Source: Schmidtea nova
Taxonomy: Eukaryota
Direction of reading: 5' to 3'
Assembly: GCA_044892505.1 (NCBI GenBank)
Contig: CM097882.1
Coordinates: forward strand, 157,480,001-157,544,000
DNA: 64,000 nt
Within the stretch, counting starts at the first letter, position 1; every line of letters starts with the position of its first letter. The translations under genes and the position numbers were made by a program. The notes beneath the pieces were generated by a model. It ran no database searches, had not been told where the DNA came from, and saw only the letters and a list, made by a program, of their open reading frames with translations. Below are positions 22,966 through 37,163 of the stretch, one piece after another.

Positions 22966-23599
22966 CATTCGTTGAAGTTTCAAGTGTTGGGTTAGTACAG
23001 AAAGAAATATAGTGAGAATTAAATAATTAATTAGGAAAAGATAAAAGTTAATGAGAAATATTAAAAATAAACAAGCTGAGAAGTAAGCATTAACAAGAAA
23101 AAGCAAAATTAAAACAAAATGAAAAATCGACGAAAAAATGATAATAATATGAAAATGAGTAGAAATTAGGAAATAAGAAGAATTAAAGAAAATAAATGTA
23201 ATTAGTAGAAAGAATAATAAAATAATAACAAATAGAAACAGAATAATAAAATAAATAAAATAATATATAAAAACGGGTCATTAGACCAATAGAATATTAG
23301 CTGAATTCTGATTGGCTACCTGAGAGCTGATTTTAATATATAAGGAAGCGCTCAAGATAGCATTAAATGGTCATTATATACCAGTAAGGTGTGTCATTAT
23401 TATCTACCAAACTACAAATTTTTGCATCCAGCACATATTTTGTATCATTTGTATCCCAACACTCGGAGGAACACTTTTTTTGGAACCAATCTTGAATTGG
23501 AAGAAACTGTAAGCTATTTGTGTTGTTTTCAATAAAATTTTATGCTAATAACCATATTTGTTTTTATTCATTCATATCATGCGTATAAATATTGCGAGG

Positions 23600-26566
23600 G
23601 TCTCGACAATCAGGTTAGATTTGTCGGCTCTACGGGAATTTCCACTTTTGTTTCGGACCTTCGGGAACGGGGCGAAAATGGAGATTTCTGTACAAGACCT
23701 TTTTATGTTACAGTTTTACTGAATAGGGTGAATGTCTGAGCCGCGCGATGCAGGTTCCGGTGTAATAGATTGCAGGTTACGATAAAAAGAGAATATCAGG
23801 CTCGTGAGAATAAATTGAGCCATCTAGGTTAAAACGAGAATATTTCATGTCAGTACAACATTTTCTTGTGTGAATTTTTCCACCCGTTGTAGGAGGGAAT
23901 TTAACTAACTGATATCCCAAAGTTAGGCAATTTCTACCTCCAAGCGTAAAAGAGAGCGATGTTCGGAAGAACCCAGTTTAAATTCACCGATAAATCCGTA
24001 ATGAGAATTATCTAGCGATAAACTCATGCCAAGCATTTTTCTGTGGGATCTACCAAAGTAACCTACTGCAATTGAAATTTCAGCATGAACAGTGAAAATT
24101 ATTTATCCGGGGACTTTCACTGAGTTTGATTGACGTGTAAAACTATCGACAATAACTACTTGAGACACATAACAAAATTGCAGGGAAAGATTTTCAAGTG
24201 TTATTTAGAGAAATTTCTAAAATTTGTGAAGTGGCAGTGAAAACACTTAAGGCCAGGTGAGTTGAGAATTTTCGTAGATGAACGCGGATAAGTGTCTCAT
24301 CGAGTACAGTGGAGAGTCCAGGAGAATATACGAAAGATTATGACCGATCTAGAAAATACCACTTCGTTTGAGTAGTTGATTTCATCTCTCATAAAATCGA
24401 CATTAAATAAACCCATGTCACCCATTGATACTACACTAGCGACAAATCCGATATTCAAGTTAGCTGAAAAAATTGAATTAAACTAAATAGAAATCCCTCA
24501 ATAATAGAAAGGAAAATAATTAATATGTTTAAGTTATTGTACAATTCGCGTAAACAAAACGGGATTTCATACGACAGTGTATTATGGTTTCCGAGAATGC
24601 ACATATGGGGAACCTTCCACTTACACGAAATGAGACTACACCAGGCACATTAATTTGGTACAGTTCTCGAGATACGTTCCCTACCAATTCTATCAACTTA
24701 TGTAATTTAGTTATTATATGTAGATTCGTAAATGCAGCGACTAAGTATTCATCTGAGAACAGTAGACGACAGTATGGCTGGAAAGGGATTGACAGAACGG
24801 AAAGCAGAGGCAAGAGAGAATTATCTTGTATGGGCTCTTCCCCTAAAGGATATGCTGAGGGATCTAGTGCAACAGATCGTCGACGAGCATAGAACATCAT
24901 CCTGGGAGAAGGGAAGAAAGCCTCCTTTTAGTTTGCACAGAGATAGCCCGGAAATCATCACCTGGCATGGTAGTCGATCATGGCCGGTGGATGTCAACAG
25001 GGAATACCCAGAGGACATACCAAAATATTTTGTCGAATCGCCCACCGAGATTTCCGGGCGATTCAATATTTTCTATACCGGGACGATACCCGTCGAGGAA
25101 TTCTGGAGTAACGGTCGATTCGTATTAGGCCCGACTCCAGCGGAAGGAAATCCCGATTCCCCTCTCAGCCAACGGACCCTCAAGAGATGGAGTTTGATGA
25201 TGACTGCGTTGAAGGCATAGATTTGTGCTGAATGCTTATTCTGTTGTCTGACAATTGTTTAGTTTTAACATATTATAAATTCATTGTTGGTCATTTGTCT
25301 TGTGTATTGTGTTCACTAAAAATTGAATTAATTAATTTAACGAAATATGAAGTATTGGCTTCGTAATATGTTTTAAAAAATTTAAAGGAGGAATGAAGTG
25401 CGCCTAATAAAAAACCCTGAGGTGGATAGTTAACCCACTGCGAATAAAATCTTCTTTTCTTAAGATCAACCATGATATCGAAGAACGAGACGATTGGAAA
25501 ATTAAAACGTCGTATAATTGAACTAGAGGAGAGTTGTTTTTCATCCTGCGAAGATGAAGAAAGTCCGGGGAAATTCGCAATGAGCGCGAGCGACGATTGA
25601 ATACCAGAGAATTGAAATGGAAGCTACTAGGATTGAAGTGAGAAATTGTAGACACCTGATCACGGAAAAGTTTGTAGCGGCGCAGTTAAGGGATCAGATC
25701 AGACTTCTAACTCTCGAGAGATAGTTTTCCAACTTATCCGACGAAGAAAGACACACCAAGGTAACGGTAGAGTCGAGTAAGCCGAAATCCCGGAATCGAA
25801 GGAAATCCCATGCACAAAGGCGTAGACAGTTGAAGCAGAAGCTTGCCAACGAAAGAGTTAAGCCAACACCAAATACCATCCAAGGAGAGACCGTGACGAA
25901 ACTTAATGCGAGGAATAACAACAATTGAATTTTACGTGTATTAATGACTGAATTGTTTTGTATATTGATCTGATTTATCTGTAATAATAATTGTTGTTGA
26001 ATTACTGTTTATTTGTTTTTTGTTTTTGTTTTAAGAGGGTAGGATAGGATCTTGAAGGAAAGTTAGAGTAACATATGGAAGTAAATAGAAAGATCGGTTC
26101 AGAGTATTGATCTCACCCTAAAGGAGAGACCTGGACTGGGTGAAGGAAAAGCAGGAATGAAACCTTCTATCGGTCAGTCAGAACACGAATGTTGCGACAA
26201 GTCAGGAGTAGTTCTGGTGAAGGAGCTCACCTGCTGGCTTGCGATCGGCTGTTATGTACATTACCAACGTGAACTAGTAGTGAAATGTACGGGTACATAG
26301 ACAGTATGCTTTTTATGTGTGTATTGCGACCCTAGAGAGGAGAGCAGAGTGAAAGTAGAAGGCGAATGAGTTGGATGAACTAGAGTCTTAACATTTTGTT
26401 TAATTTTGGAAAGTGCAATACACCAACACAAGTAATAAAAAAGAAATAACTTAAACGTGTCGCAACAGCTCACTTCACCGTCAGCTTTATAATCTCACTA
26501 AACAATTAATTTTTGACAATATTATTATGACAATTTATCAATTTATAAATTGTAATCTTGCGAACA
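23600..26566 (+). other. Decayed coding-like region, probably retroelement accessory/LTR sequence
   Basis: Higher GC, broken ORFs (e.g. 24732-25220), basic tail SKPKSRNRRKSHAQRRRQLKQKL followed by a T-rich tract, and an end aattgtaatcttgcgaaca resembling the 46753 LTR end. Confidence 0.3.
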
Positions 26567-26585
26567 TTTATTGATTTTAATATAT

Positions 26586-26725
26586 GGTGATGGTCTGCAA
26601 ACAGTGAGCATCGAAAAATTCGAATCTATGATTGACCGCAAATTTCCTGGGTTCAAGGTCTACTGATAGAAAGTATAATGCCCATTTGAGTCCCTTTTTC
26701 AACGATTTATCTACGGATACTCATT
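26586..26725 (+). repeat. Dispersed structured repeat, 3' half
   Basis: gcaaacagtgagcatcg...ctatgattgaccg...ctactgatagaaag...gccc. Confidence 0.75.
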
Positions 26726-28649
26726 TTATATAGGCAATTTTAAAATAAAATAAATTACATCAATAAAGATTTATGAAGTTATGCCAATCAACCATCGCAA
26801 ACACCAAAAATTACAAATAGTGTGATACATCACTCCAGAAATATGTCCAAATATACATATAGTAGCTATTAAGTTCGTTAATTAATTATTATATTTAGTT
26901 ATTTAAAGTTGGCTAATAAATGTTTGTTATTTAATGTAAGTTAGTAAAAGTTTGCTAATAAAAGAGATATTCTAGAGCCCGAGAGAGTCTTCCAAAGAAC
27001 TTTGTGGAGACACTTGGGGTGCTTGTTGTGTGTGAGACTATAATAATACAGATAAGCAACAGATTGTAATTAAATAAACAAATTATCAACCACAAAATGT
27101 ATTAATAAAATGTTACTTAGTTATTCTTCTTTTATTTTTTGGTAATCGGATAGTAAATATTCTCTAATAGTAATGGCACTTTTAATTTTCTGTATTCGGA
27201 TAGTAAATATTTTTTCTGTCAAGTATATTTTCAATTACAGGTATAATTACAATTAATTGCATCCAAAAAAATTTCATATTAAATAATCAATTTCATTTAT
27301 TTGTAATTGGGCTTACTATAGCAATTTGCTATAGCAAGCCAAATTCAAATTTGTAATTAAAATTATAAAAAAATAAAAATCCCCATTATAATTAAAAATA
27401 CCGTGCTCACAATAAATTGAAAAAAGGGGGGTTCCTGTATACACAATACCACCCACAATAATAAAAACAAATATCAATCATTCCTGTACACTACAGTAGC
27501 CATAGAAAAAATAAAATCAATTCGAACATTCTCAGAGAGTGTTAAGGTTTGGGGTTTTCCTGCCTTCGATGTTGTTCATCTCAAATTCGAGTTAGATGTC
27601 CGATGAACCTTTTTGAATGTCTAAAATTTAAATATTCTATTCAATCAACATGCGTTAAATCACACCAAAATGCAAAACATCGTCCATGTATTTATTTCAT
27701 CTACACAATCATGCCCAAATATGTGTTATATACCACCCGATTCAGAATATTTAGGGAAAACTTTAGTTATTAACTCACCCTTGGATTTTACGTCGAAATT
27801 CAGGAACGAAAAAAATATTTTCGAACCTCAAAGAGGGTGTTTTTTCCATAATTGACACTAACTTATTACACTTTCTATTTGTTATCNNNNNNNNNNNNNN
27901 NNNNNNNNNNNNNNNNNNNNNNNNNNNNNNNNNNNNNNNNNNNNNNNNNNNNNNNNNNNNNNNNNNNNNNNNNNNNNNNNNNNNNNNNNNNNNNNNNNNN
28001 NNNNNNNNNNNNNNNNNNNNNNNNNNNNNNNNNNNNNNNNNNNNNNNNNNNNNNNNNNNNNNNNNNNNTTATTGCCATAAATTTTATTTAAGATTAATTA
28101 AAAGTATAACTAAACTACAAAAGTTCTAATAAAATATAGAAAATTAAAATTAATTTGAATCCGCTCCGAGTTTAGTGTAACCTGGCAACAACTACTGGGC
28201 AGAATCTTTTTTATTTTAATTTTAAATTAATCTTCCCTTTATGCCTTTAGATTAAAGAAAAATATAGTTGATTTATAAATATATTAGTAATTGTTTAAAC
28301 TTTTACTATTACATTATCCAAATAAGAGCTAAAAAATTTAAATCCATATAGACCTTCTGTAGGCGCAAACCAAGGGAAACAAATTTTGATTGTTTGATTA
28401 TGTTATATTAGGTAACTCATTTCATATTTTACTTATTGATTTTTCATCTAATTTTAGATTTCCGGAATCTCGTAATTCCAATGGGTAAGGTGTTAATTTA
28501 AGGTTATATCTATTTTATTTTAGTATTCAGCTCACTCAGTATACCACGCCTCAATGCATCCTAGACTAAAACGTCATTCCTCCAATCTACAAGATTATTC
28601 ATTGTTTGATCTTGATTGCCGTCAACATGTTTATTTATTATATATATTT

Positions 28650-28930
28650 TCTTCCTATTCTGCAGTCATCATAAATTTTAATTGTGTTGACTATTTTTCC
28701 TGTATTTAACATAGTGTGTAAAATGTTGGCAGAAGAACTATATTGCCAGTATTTCTTTCCTTGTTACACAGTAGCCTTTTTCATGGTTGCTCATTGTATG
28801 AGATTCATAGACAATAACTTGTTCATGTCCAAGGTCATCCTTTTGAGAAAGTATCGCTCCAATTCTATCAAAGTGTCTTTATTCAGAATAAACTCTCTTC
28901 TAAAATCAGGGAAATTAACACCGGTGCCAT
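28650..28930 (-). pseudogene. Gypsy pol relic (RT connection/RNase H)
   Basis: Across frameshifts: LMMAPV / NFPDFRREFILNKDT / GIGAILSQKDDLGHEQVIVYESHTMSNHEKGYCVTRKEILAI*FFCQHF. Confidence 0.8.
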
Positions 28931-30649
28931 CATCAATGCCTTTTTCATTTCTTCGAATGAAATCTGACATGTGTCTGTTCAAATTATTTTTTCATTATCT
29001 TTTCCACACATACTTTCTAATGATCTCGCTTTCTTCACATATTTTTTTATAAATCGTCTGTAATAATTGCATATTCCTAAAAAACTTCTTAGTCTATGAT
29101 CTTCTCTCCCCCACCATCATGAATGATTTTAAATCGTCTTATCAGACTTCTATCACTATAAACTTTCAAAAAATACATCACATAAATAAAAAAATAAAAA
29201 TTGGTTTTGCGACATAAAACACTAAGTCTCCCAGACATATAATTTCAGCATTTTATGTATGATCCAAGGTAATCACCCAAGAATAACTACCAAGACCAAT
29301 GATAATCAAAGAAACCAAGAAAAGAGATAACTAAGGAAAACTCTATAAAATTCCGTACTTGAACCTTGATTGCTAGTGGTAGGGAATATTCCGTCCGCGG
29401 GTTGAACTTACAACTGCCTCTACATGACTAGTCATGTCTCGCTCTTCTTTAAATAATAATTTCTTGCCTTTTTTCTTGCGCTTTTTTCTTGAAAAAAAAT
29501 TATTTTAACTTTAAAATATTTTTTAAAAAGTTTACTTTTTCTAATTTCATATGAAAATTGATAAAACTTAATTTATAATTCTTGGAATCCCTGTTTTTGA
29601 AAAGGAAAAAAATATCAAAAATAATTATAATTCGAAGAATCCCAAAATGTGAAATTATGTAATAAATTGTTCATTCGAAATTGTGATATGGTTTTATATA
29701 GATGTTAGATACAGGGAAGATAGTCGAAAACTTTGAGATAGATGAAAATTATACAATAGGGGCAAATAAGTACAGACTAAATGTGTATGTGGATAACAAC
29801 AATCAGAACCCAGGCCAACAATGATAATAATTTGACTTGATGAACTACATTTGATTGTGATAACATTTTCTTTTACTTTATTGGTTTTGATAATTGATGA
29901 TATTGTTATATGAATAATTGATTTTATTTGTGGATGTATTTTTTTAAATAGATAGACAAGGAAAATATCAAATTCAATGACATTATGATTTTAGTGATTT
30001 TATATGATAATATTTTATGTGATCTGGCAATTTTTATTTTTATGGATAATTTTATTTTATATTGATGATAATTATATTTTATTGTGTAATAATAATTATA
30101 TGGTTTGATAATGGATAATTTCATTTTTCTTTGTTGTTGTGTATATATTTCGACAAACTCACTGCCATCGCCAAATATATCCCGGGTCAGGACCCCCCAT
30201 ACAAATATATATAAATAATTATTTAAATTAAATTAAAATGCCCTCAAGGGGCTAAAATTAAATTAATTTTTGTTTTTAAGACGCTAGGCGTCATTGGATA
30301 AAAGCTAAAAGCACTTCAAGTGCAGCACAAATTTAATTACTGCATGTAATTATGTCATTATTCCAAAGTGTTTTCCACTTTCATTGTTTTATTATGAAAT
30401 ATTTATGGAAAATAAATAATGTTTGAAATATTTCAAGTCATAATACACAATTTTCAAAAATGAGTCGACAAATTTTTTGGGATCTAATTAATAATCCAAT
30501 AAGATCATAATAAATGGTGCCTCATTAATATTCAACAAGACAACGAAATTTAGAAATTTATGAACAAGAAAATATAATCAAACAAAATAATTTGTTTTAA
30601 TTCTAACACATTGAAAGTTTTTAAAAGAGCACTTCAAGTGCTAATATGA

Positions 30650-30890
30650 AAATAATTATAATAATAATAGTATTAATTATAATAATAATATAATATTAAT
30701 AGTGATAACAATAATTATAATGATAATAATAATAATAGGAATAATGATAGTGATAATAATAATAATAATGGTGATAATGATTATAATAATAATAATGATA
30801 ATAATAATTATAACAATGATATAGTTATAGTAATGATAATGATAATAGTGATAGTGGTAGTAATAATAATGACAATAATAATAATAAAAA
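30650..30890. repeat. Degenerate (AAT/GAT)n trinucleotide tract
   Basis: Direct reading. Confidence 0.8.
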
Positions 30891-31715
30891 AAGAAGATAA
30901 ATATTGCTTGAAAAGATATAGTTATTAATGAATATGACTTGCTGATTTATAATATCATGTTATTTATTTTATCATTTTATTAATGACAAAGATGAAAACT
31001 GTAATATAAATAATACCTAATAATTTTATTTTTCAGATAAGGGTAATTCATACATTAATTAAAACAAAATAATAATTAATAACACTGAAAATAGATAGAA
31101 ATAAATTACAATAAGATTAATATAACCAATAAAGCATAGGTATCAACCTGATATAAATTATCACATGTTTAAACATTAAGGATGCTGGTAAAAAGGATAA
31201 TTCTAAATATAGTAATTGTTGTGTGTACTATTATAAATAGAAAAATTGTTTATTAAAAACAAATATTATTGACAGAAAACAACTCTTGTCACTTGAAGTT
31301 AAGCACCACAGAATTTAACTATATAAGCAAACGTTTTTCTCAGTCAAATCACCCAAAAATCAAAAGCTTTAAAGAAGAGTTGTAAATTCAATAAATTGAT
31401 ATTACAACATAATTTGAGCATACCTATTTACACATCCGAGCTCAGGAAGCTGCAAATATTCACACACACACACGCATCTATACATATATAAAATATAAGT
31501 TGAAATTGATACATATATTTTGTGAGGTAATTGTTTAATTTTTATCAAAATTGTAAATTGTTATAATTTAAATAAAGTTTAGAAAAGAACCAGTCTTTGA
31601 CTTATTTATTTATATAAGTTCATCAAGTTGAGATTCGTGAAAACTCAACATAGACATCAATAATTTTGATTAAAAAAAATCATTAAATAAAAGAAAGTCA
31701 ATTGCTTATAAAAAT

Positions 31716-32460
31716 ATGGCAGAGAAAAGAACGAGTGATTCACAGACACATGTTGCTAAACAATCTAGAAAAAGTCTGACGTAGGAGATGAAAACGAATG
31801 TTATTATGTGAATTGAGAACGGTGAACGACAGTTCAAAGTGTCTTCCAGCCTAGAGTTGGCTGGATCAACAATTAGAACCATTCTTAAAAATACCGATAA
31901 CATTAAGAAATCCATTTGTACAACAAATTCATTATCTGCTAAGAAAGTAACACACACAAGAAAGACTCAAGTAGAAGAAATGGAGAAATTATTAACATTC
32001 TGGATGGATGATCAAACACAGAAAAAATTACCGCTCAGCCAGGGCATCATAATGGAAAAAGCAAAGATATTATATTTAGAGCTTATAAATCGAACTGGAG
32101 AAAACTCCATAACGGAGAGTTTTGTTGCAAGCCGAGGCTGGTTTGAAAAGTTTAAACTACGTGCAAATTTACACAAAATTAGTCTTTCCGGAGAATCTGC
32201 CAGTGCTGATAAAGAATCTGCAGAGGTATTTAAGAAGAGTTTGGATGATATTATAAAAGAGAAAAATTATCCTCGGCAGCTTATTTTCAATTTTGATGAG
32301 ACCGGTATTTATTTTGAAGAAAATGCCATCAAAAACATTCATCTCCAAAGAAGAAAAATCCGCATCAGGTTTTAAAGCCGCGAATGATCGTTTAACTTCA
32401 TTATTAAGTGGAAATTCAACTGGAGATTTCAGGATGAAACCGTTACTAATTTACCATTCT
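31716..32460 (+). pseudogene. Tigger/pogo transposase relic (CENP-B HTH plus start of DDE)
   Basis: STIRTILKN, MEKLLTFW, IIMEKAK, FVASRGWFEKFK, GESASAD, IFNFDETG / KKMPSKTFISKEEKSASGFKAANDRLT; ends at a (CA)n(TA)n tract. Confidence 0.88.
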
Positions 32461-32466
32461 GTATAT

Positions 32467-32530
<64 letters not shown>

Positions 32531-33146
32531 CAGTTAAAGCATCAACTTAGTCAATGCATACACCCACAAGCTAAAGTATATTTAACTAAACTAATCAGAG
32601 CAAGTATACACAAATAAATTTATGAATACTTCCACTAGTCAGTGTATACACCTTCTCCTGTAGATTAGGTAAAGTATTTCAAATCTGTAAAACCAAATAA
32701 ATAATAAAAAATGTGCAATGAAAATTAATTTGTTGAAATTTGTTTTCATTTTAACTTAAAAGAAAATAAAGAATTATAGCCGAGTTGTTTTATAGTTTTC
32801 TAAAATAATATATATTTTTGTAAAAAACGATTTTCATGATATTTTTATCCGAGAAACTATCATTAATAAATTAGTGTATTTTCATAATCTTTTTCGTAAA
32901 TTTTGCAAGATTTCTATTTGCATTAGGCACAACTAGCACAAGTCTTTAAAATTTTGAGGTTAGAATCATTCAACTAATAGTATCACTAATGCAAATCAGT
33001 GGGTGTATACACTCACCAGTTAATGAATGCATTGACTAGATACAGTATGTATCCTTTGAAATAATGTATAATTTCACTAAAACAACAAGTGAAAGCGTGC
33101 ATCAACTAGTTAGTGTATACACTCACTGCAATTTATGCTTTAACTG
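32531..33146. mobile_element. TA-flanked MITE (Tc1/mariner superfamily)
   Basis: TIRs cagttaaagcat / atgctttaactg with TA on both sides; internal gtgtatacac repeats. Confidence 0.7.
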
Positions 33147-33157
33147 TAATATACTTA

Positions 33158-35357
33158 CACCTGGTTTCAAGCATTAAAAGTAACGGATCAAGTATTTTAT
33201 ACCCAAAAATATTTGATATTAACCCTTTAACTTTATATAATGCATATATGCATTATGGCTAAAAATAATATATAAATAATTTTTCAAATTTCAAATTATA
33301 CTAATCTATACTATTATCTTATACTATTGACACTTGTTTAAGAGTTAATTATAAAAAATTTAATTTAAATTATGAATTTCAAAAAACCCATGCATTTAGA
33401 TACTTTACAGACGATGTTGATTCGAATGACGGAAGAACAACTATTACCCTGGATGTTTTCAAAAGGACTGTATCATTCTGCCTGCATTTGTGACAGTTGT
33501 GGACAGGCTATGCAATTGAAACATTGCAAGGATTACATTGATTGTTATCAGTGGCGGTGTATGGTAACCACATGCCTCAAATACCAAACACCAAAAGTGT
33601 GCGGCAGGGAAGCTTTTTCGAGAATAACCGCCTGCCAAGTCTTACTAACTTGAAAGCTCTGATTCAATGGTCAATAGGAAACACGCAGGTGACTGTATTG
33701 AAAAACGTCAAAATTTCCAAAACCGCGTATTCTACAATGAGGAAAAAGATTACGCGATTGATTGAACACGAATTTCTTACGCATCCAATCAAGCTTGGTG
33801 GACCCTTTTCAGTAGTTCACATCGACGAAACTAAACTTGACTATAATGTCAAAAATCATCGAGGGAGAGGTCCAGGTACCCCTTGCTGGTGTATTTGCAT
33901 CGTGGACACTTCTTTTATCCCCTCACTGGGATATAATTTAATTGTTAAAGATCGTTCTGCCAACACATTGATTCCAATAATCAATGACGTAGTACTACCC
34001 GGATCTACGATTTTTACTGATGAATGGGCTGCTTACAGGTCTTTGGCAAAAGATCCAAACTTTGATTTTGGTACAGTTTGTCACAAATATCTTACCAAAA
34101 GTTATAATGGGAAGTTGAAGTACGCAATCAAAATGATGAAAGGGTTGATTTTAGAAGCGAGGAAATGATTTTTGGTTGATTTTATGTGGAGAGAACGGCA
34201 TACTGAAAATTGTTTTGATGATTTGCTTACGTTAATTAAAGTATGACGAGTTGTTAACATAAATATAATTATTTTTATCTCTTTAATTGCATGCCTTTAA
34301 TCATTACATTTAATTTGTGTTTATTAATTACAATTTAATCAGGGGGTATAAAATACTTGATCCAAAGTAACTATGATACAAGTAGGTGTACACACCTACT
34401 TGTTACTCATAGTTACTTTGTTTAATTCTAATTCATTTAGCCATTTATTTTTCATTTAGCCATTTTTTAAAAATGGCTATCAGGTAATTTTATTTGTCTA
34501 GATATCTTTTATTGCTTCTATTTTGATCTTACAATGATATAAGATTATTATTGAAGCTTTGAAAGTTTATCTTTATTCTTCATTATTATTTTGATTTTAT
34601 GTTTATGTTGAAAATATTTCATTAAACGTAACTAAAAATATTTTTTAACAGCAGTTTATTAATTAAATAAATCAGTATCCGAATATTTCAATTTTCTTGC
34701 AACATTTGAGGAAGAACCTGCGAATATGATCATAATAATTCTTTAAATTTTTGTAATCGTCCTTATTCCAGCTCGTTATCAATGGCTTCTTTGATCAAGA
34801 AAAATCTATCTTGAAAGGACATTGAGCCAAATTAATTTGCTCGAGATATTACCTTTCTTATGCTGAACTTAACTTTGCTGAAGATGCTTTCGATTGGATT
34901 TAAGAAAGGGCTGTATGGTGGCAAATTCACAATAAAATTATTTGGAGATAAGGCTCCTCCGTAAATGGAAGCGTTGTCATGAATGAGGTAAAACCCCGTT
35001 CTATTCAATTTGGATGATATCTCATCAATGAATTCTGATAAGTATTCTTTTTGTAAGAGCCTCAAATTAATTTGTGATGAATTGGCTCTTTTATACCAAT
35101 GGCGAGAACCAATGACATGTTTTCCCCCTGTTTGTTGGAATATTTTGTAATTTTTTACCAAAAAAATTTATTACACTTTTTAATCGCAAAACAAGATGTA
35201 CCCTTAAAAGTTTTCATGTAATTTTCATTGTGTGTTGTGTGTATAATTTATTTTTTCTTACAGAATGTTAAAAATTTTAAACTACGAAATATCAAAATGT
35301 AACATCTACGTAAGTTTTCATTTGCTATTGGTTATTTTTAATTTATATTATAAATAC
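33158..35357 (-). mobile_element. Second copy of the Tc1/IS630-like element, inverted, hosting a Merlin insertion
   Basis: TIR cacctggtttcaagcattaaaa at 33158; reverse complement of 394-1518; DDE fragment 34832-35161; runs into a gap. Confidence 0.88.
33185..34363 (+). mobile_element. Merlin (IS1016/ISXO2-like) transposon with frameshifted transposase
   Basis: 20-bp TIRs ggatcaagtattttataccc; 8-bp TSD aaagtaac (33177-33184, 34364-34371); CxxC...WRC, LGGP..VVHIDET, RSANTL.PII...V.PGSTIFTDEWAAY. Confidence 0.92.
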
Positions 35358-35494
35358 NNNNNNNNNNNNNNNNNNNNNNNNNNNNNNNNNNNNNNNNNNN
35401 NNNNNNNNNNNNNNNNNNNNNNNNNNNNNNNNNNNNNNNNNNNNNNNNNNNNNNNNNNNNNNNNNNNNNNNNNNNNNNNNNNNNNNNNNNNNNN

Positions 35495-37163
35495 AGGGAC
35501 ACCCTCATTTTCTCTATTTTTCGTATGTGGCAATTCTAATAAACATCTGCGTCAGCAACAGGTACTGGTATGCGTAGCTATATGTATGACTAATGACTGA
35601 ACGTATGTATGCGTCTAAATAAATAAATAAATATATATATATGTGTGTGTGCGTGTGTGCGTGCGTGAGTTTGTATTAAGCCTGTAACTCGAATATGCAT
35701 ATAATTTGCTTTCAGTGGTAGCCAATCACCAGAAGCCTTTTTGTGTAATGAATAAGTTTGTTTGACTTTTTATAGCAGTTATTTTTACTTCCAGCATGGG
35801 TATTACCATCGATCAGCGGCAACGGATTATTACACTCTACATTGACGCCGGGATGTCCCAACGGGGTATCGGTCGACACACTGGGATCAATTTATCTTCC
35901 GTCAACCATATTGTAATGCGTTACAATAGTACTAGAGCCTCAAATTCTGCAAAGAAAGGGAAGATGTGATCGTAATAAACTGTCAACAGCATCACATGAC
36001 CGACTTATCTTGCGCAGCAGCATGAGAAACACTTGATTAAGTGATGTTGATATCAAAAGGGACATTGGAAGCCATTTATCTGTCCATACTATCCGTCGTC
36101 GGCTTAATGAAGGTTGAAGAAAGTTCAAGAAACCAATTGTCAAGCCAATGTTGACCATAAAAATGAAAAGCACGCGGCTTCAGTGGGCACTCCAACACCG
36201 CAACTGGACTGTGGAGCAATGGCTTTCGGTAAGTGCGGTAAATCTTTTTATATAGAAATTTGAGAAATATGGTTTTCTTCCCTAATACGCTTTGGAATAG
36301 ATAATTTTGTATAAGAAACATTTTTAAATGTTCTTCAGATAATACACTTTTTTTCAGGATTCCAATGAATTAAACATTATGGTTTCTAGTGTCTCACATT
36401 ACTTGGATTTGAAAATTTAAATTTTTTTACATTTGTATTCCTTCAGGTGATATTCAGTGACGAATCATCCTTCAAAGTACAATCGACACAGCCGCGCATC
36501 GTCAGACGCGGTTTAGAGCCAATATCCGCTCTACACATGTCTCAACGTGTTAAATACCTACAAAAAGTCATGGGGTTGCGTGTCTGTTTTTGACTTTGGG
36601 CATGTTTATATTGTTGAGGGAAATATGAACTCTGCGCAATATATGGATGTCATTCAGAGTCAGCTAATACCTCAAGCTATCGAATGGTTCGGTAGTAATT
36701 TTATATTCCAGCAGGATAACGCACCGTGCCACACTTCAAAGGCCAGCAAGCAATGTTTGGCAGAACACAACATCCGAGTGTTGCCGTGGCCGGCTAATTC
36801 ACTTGACATGAGCCAAATTGAGACATTATTGGCTATTACCAAGGCACAGTCAGCGTCTCAAGCAAAACAGAACTCATCAACACTCTCTTAAACATTTGCG
36901 TCCATGACAACGACACAAGTCACCGTCTCCAGGAGACATGCGCGAAATTGATAGATACCATGTCGAAGAGAGTCTAGACTTTAATAAAGGCTAAAGGTGG
37001 TCATACCAAATTTTAAAAAACATTTATCAATATTATGGTTTCTGCTTTGCGTAACAGATGTATTGTGAGTTGGTTTTAACTCGATTACTACAATGTGTAT
37101 CTCTTTATTTGGGGGAAAAAGAGAAAAATGAGGATGTCCATATTAATTTGCTCCCAATTGTGG
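35495..37163 (+). mobile_element. Tc1 transposon with an intron-containing, decayed transposase
   Basis: ATG at 35796 (MGITIDQRQRII...); WTVEQWLS|VIFSDESSF across a GT-AG intron 36229-36446; FQQDNAPCH, WPANSLDMSQIE; TIR-like ggaca(c/t)cctcattt at both ends. Confidence 0.85.
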
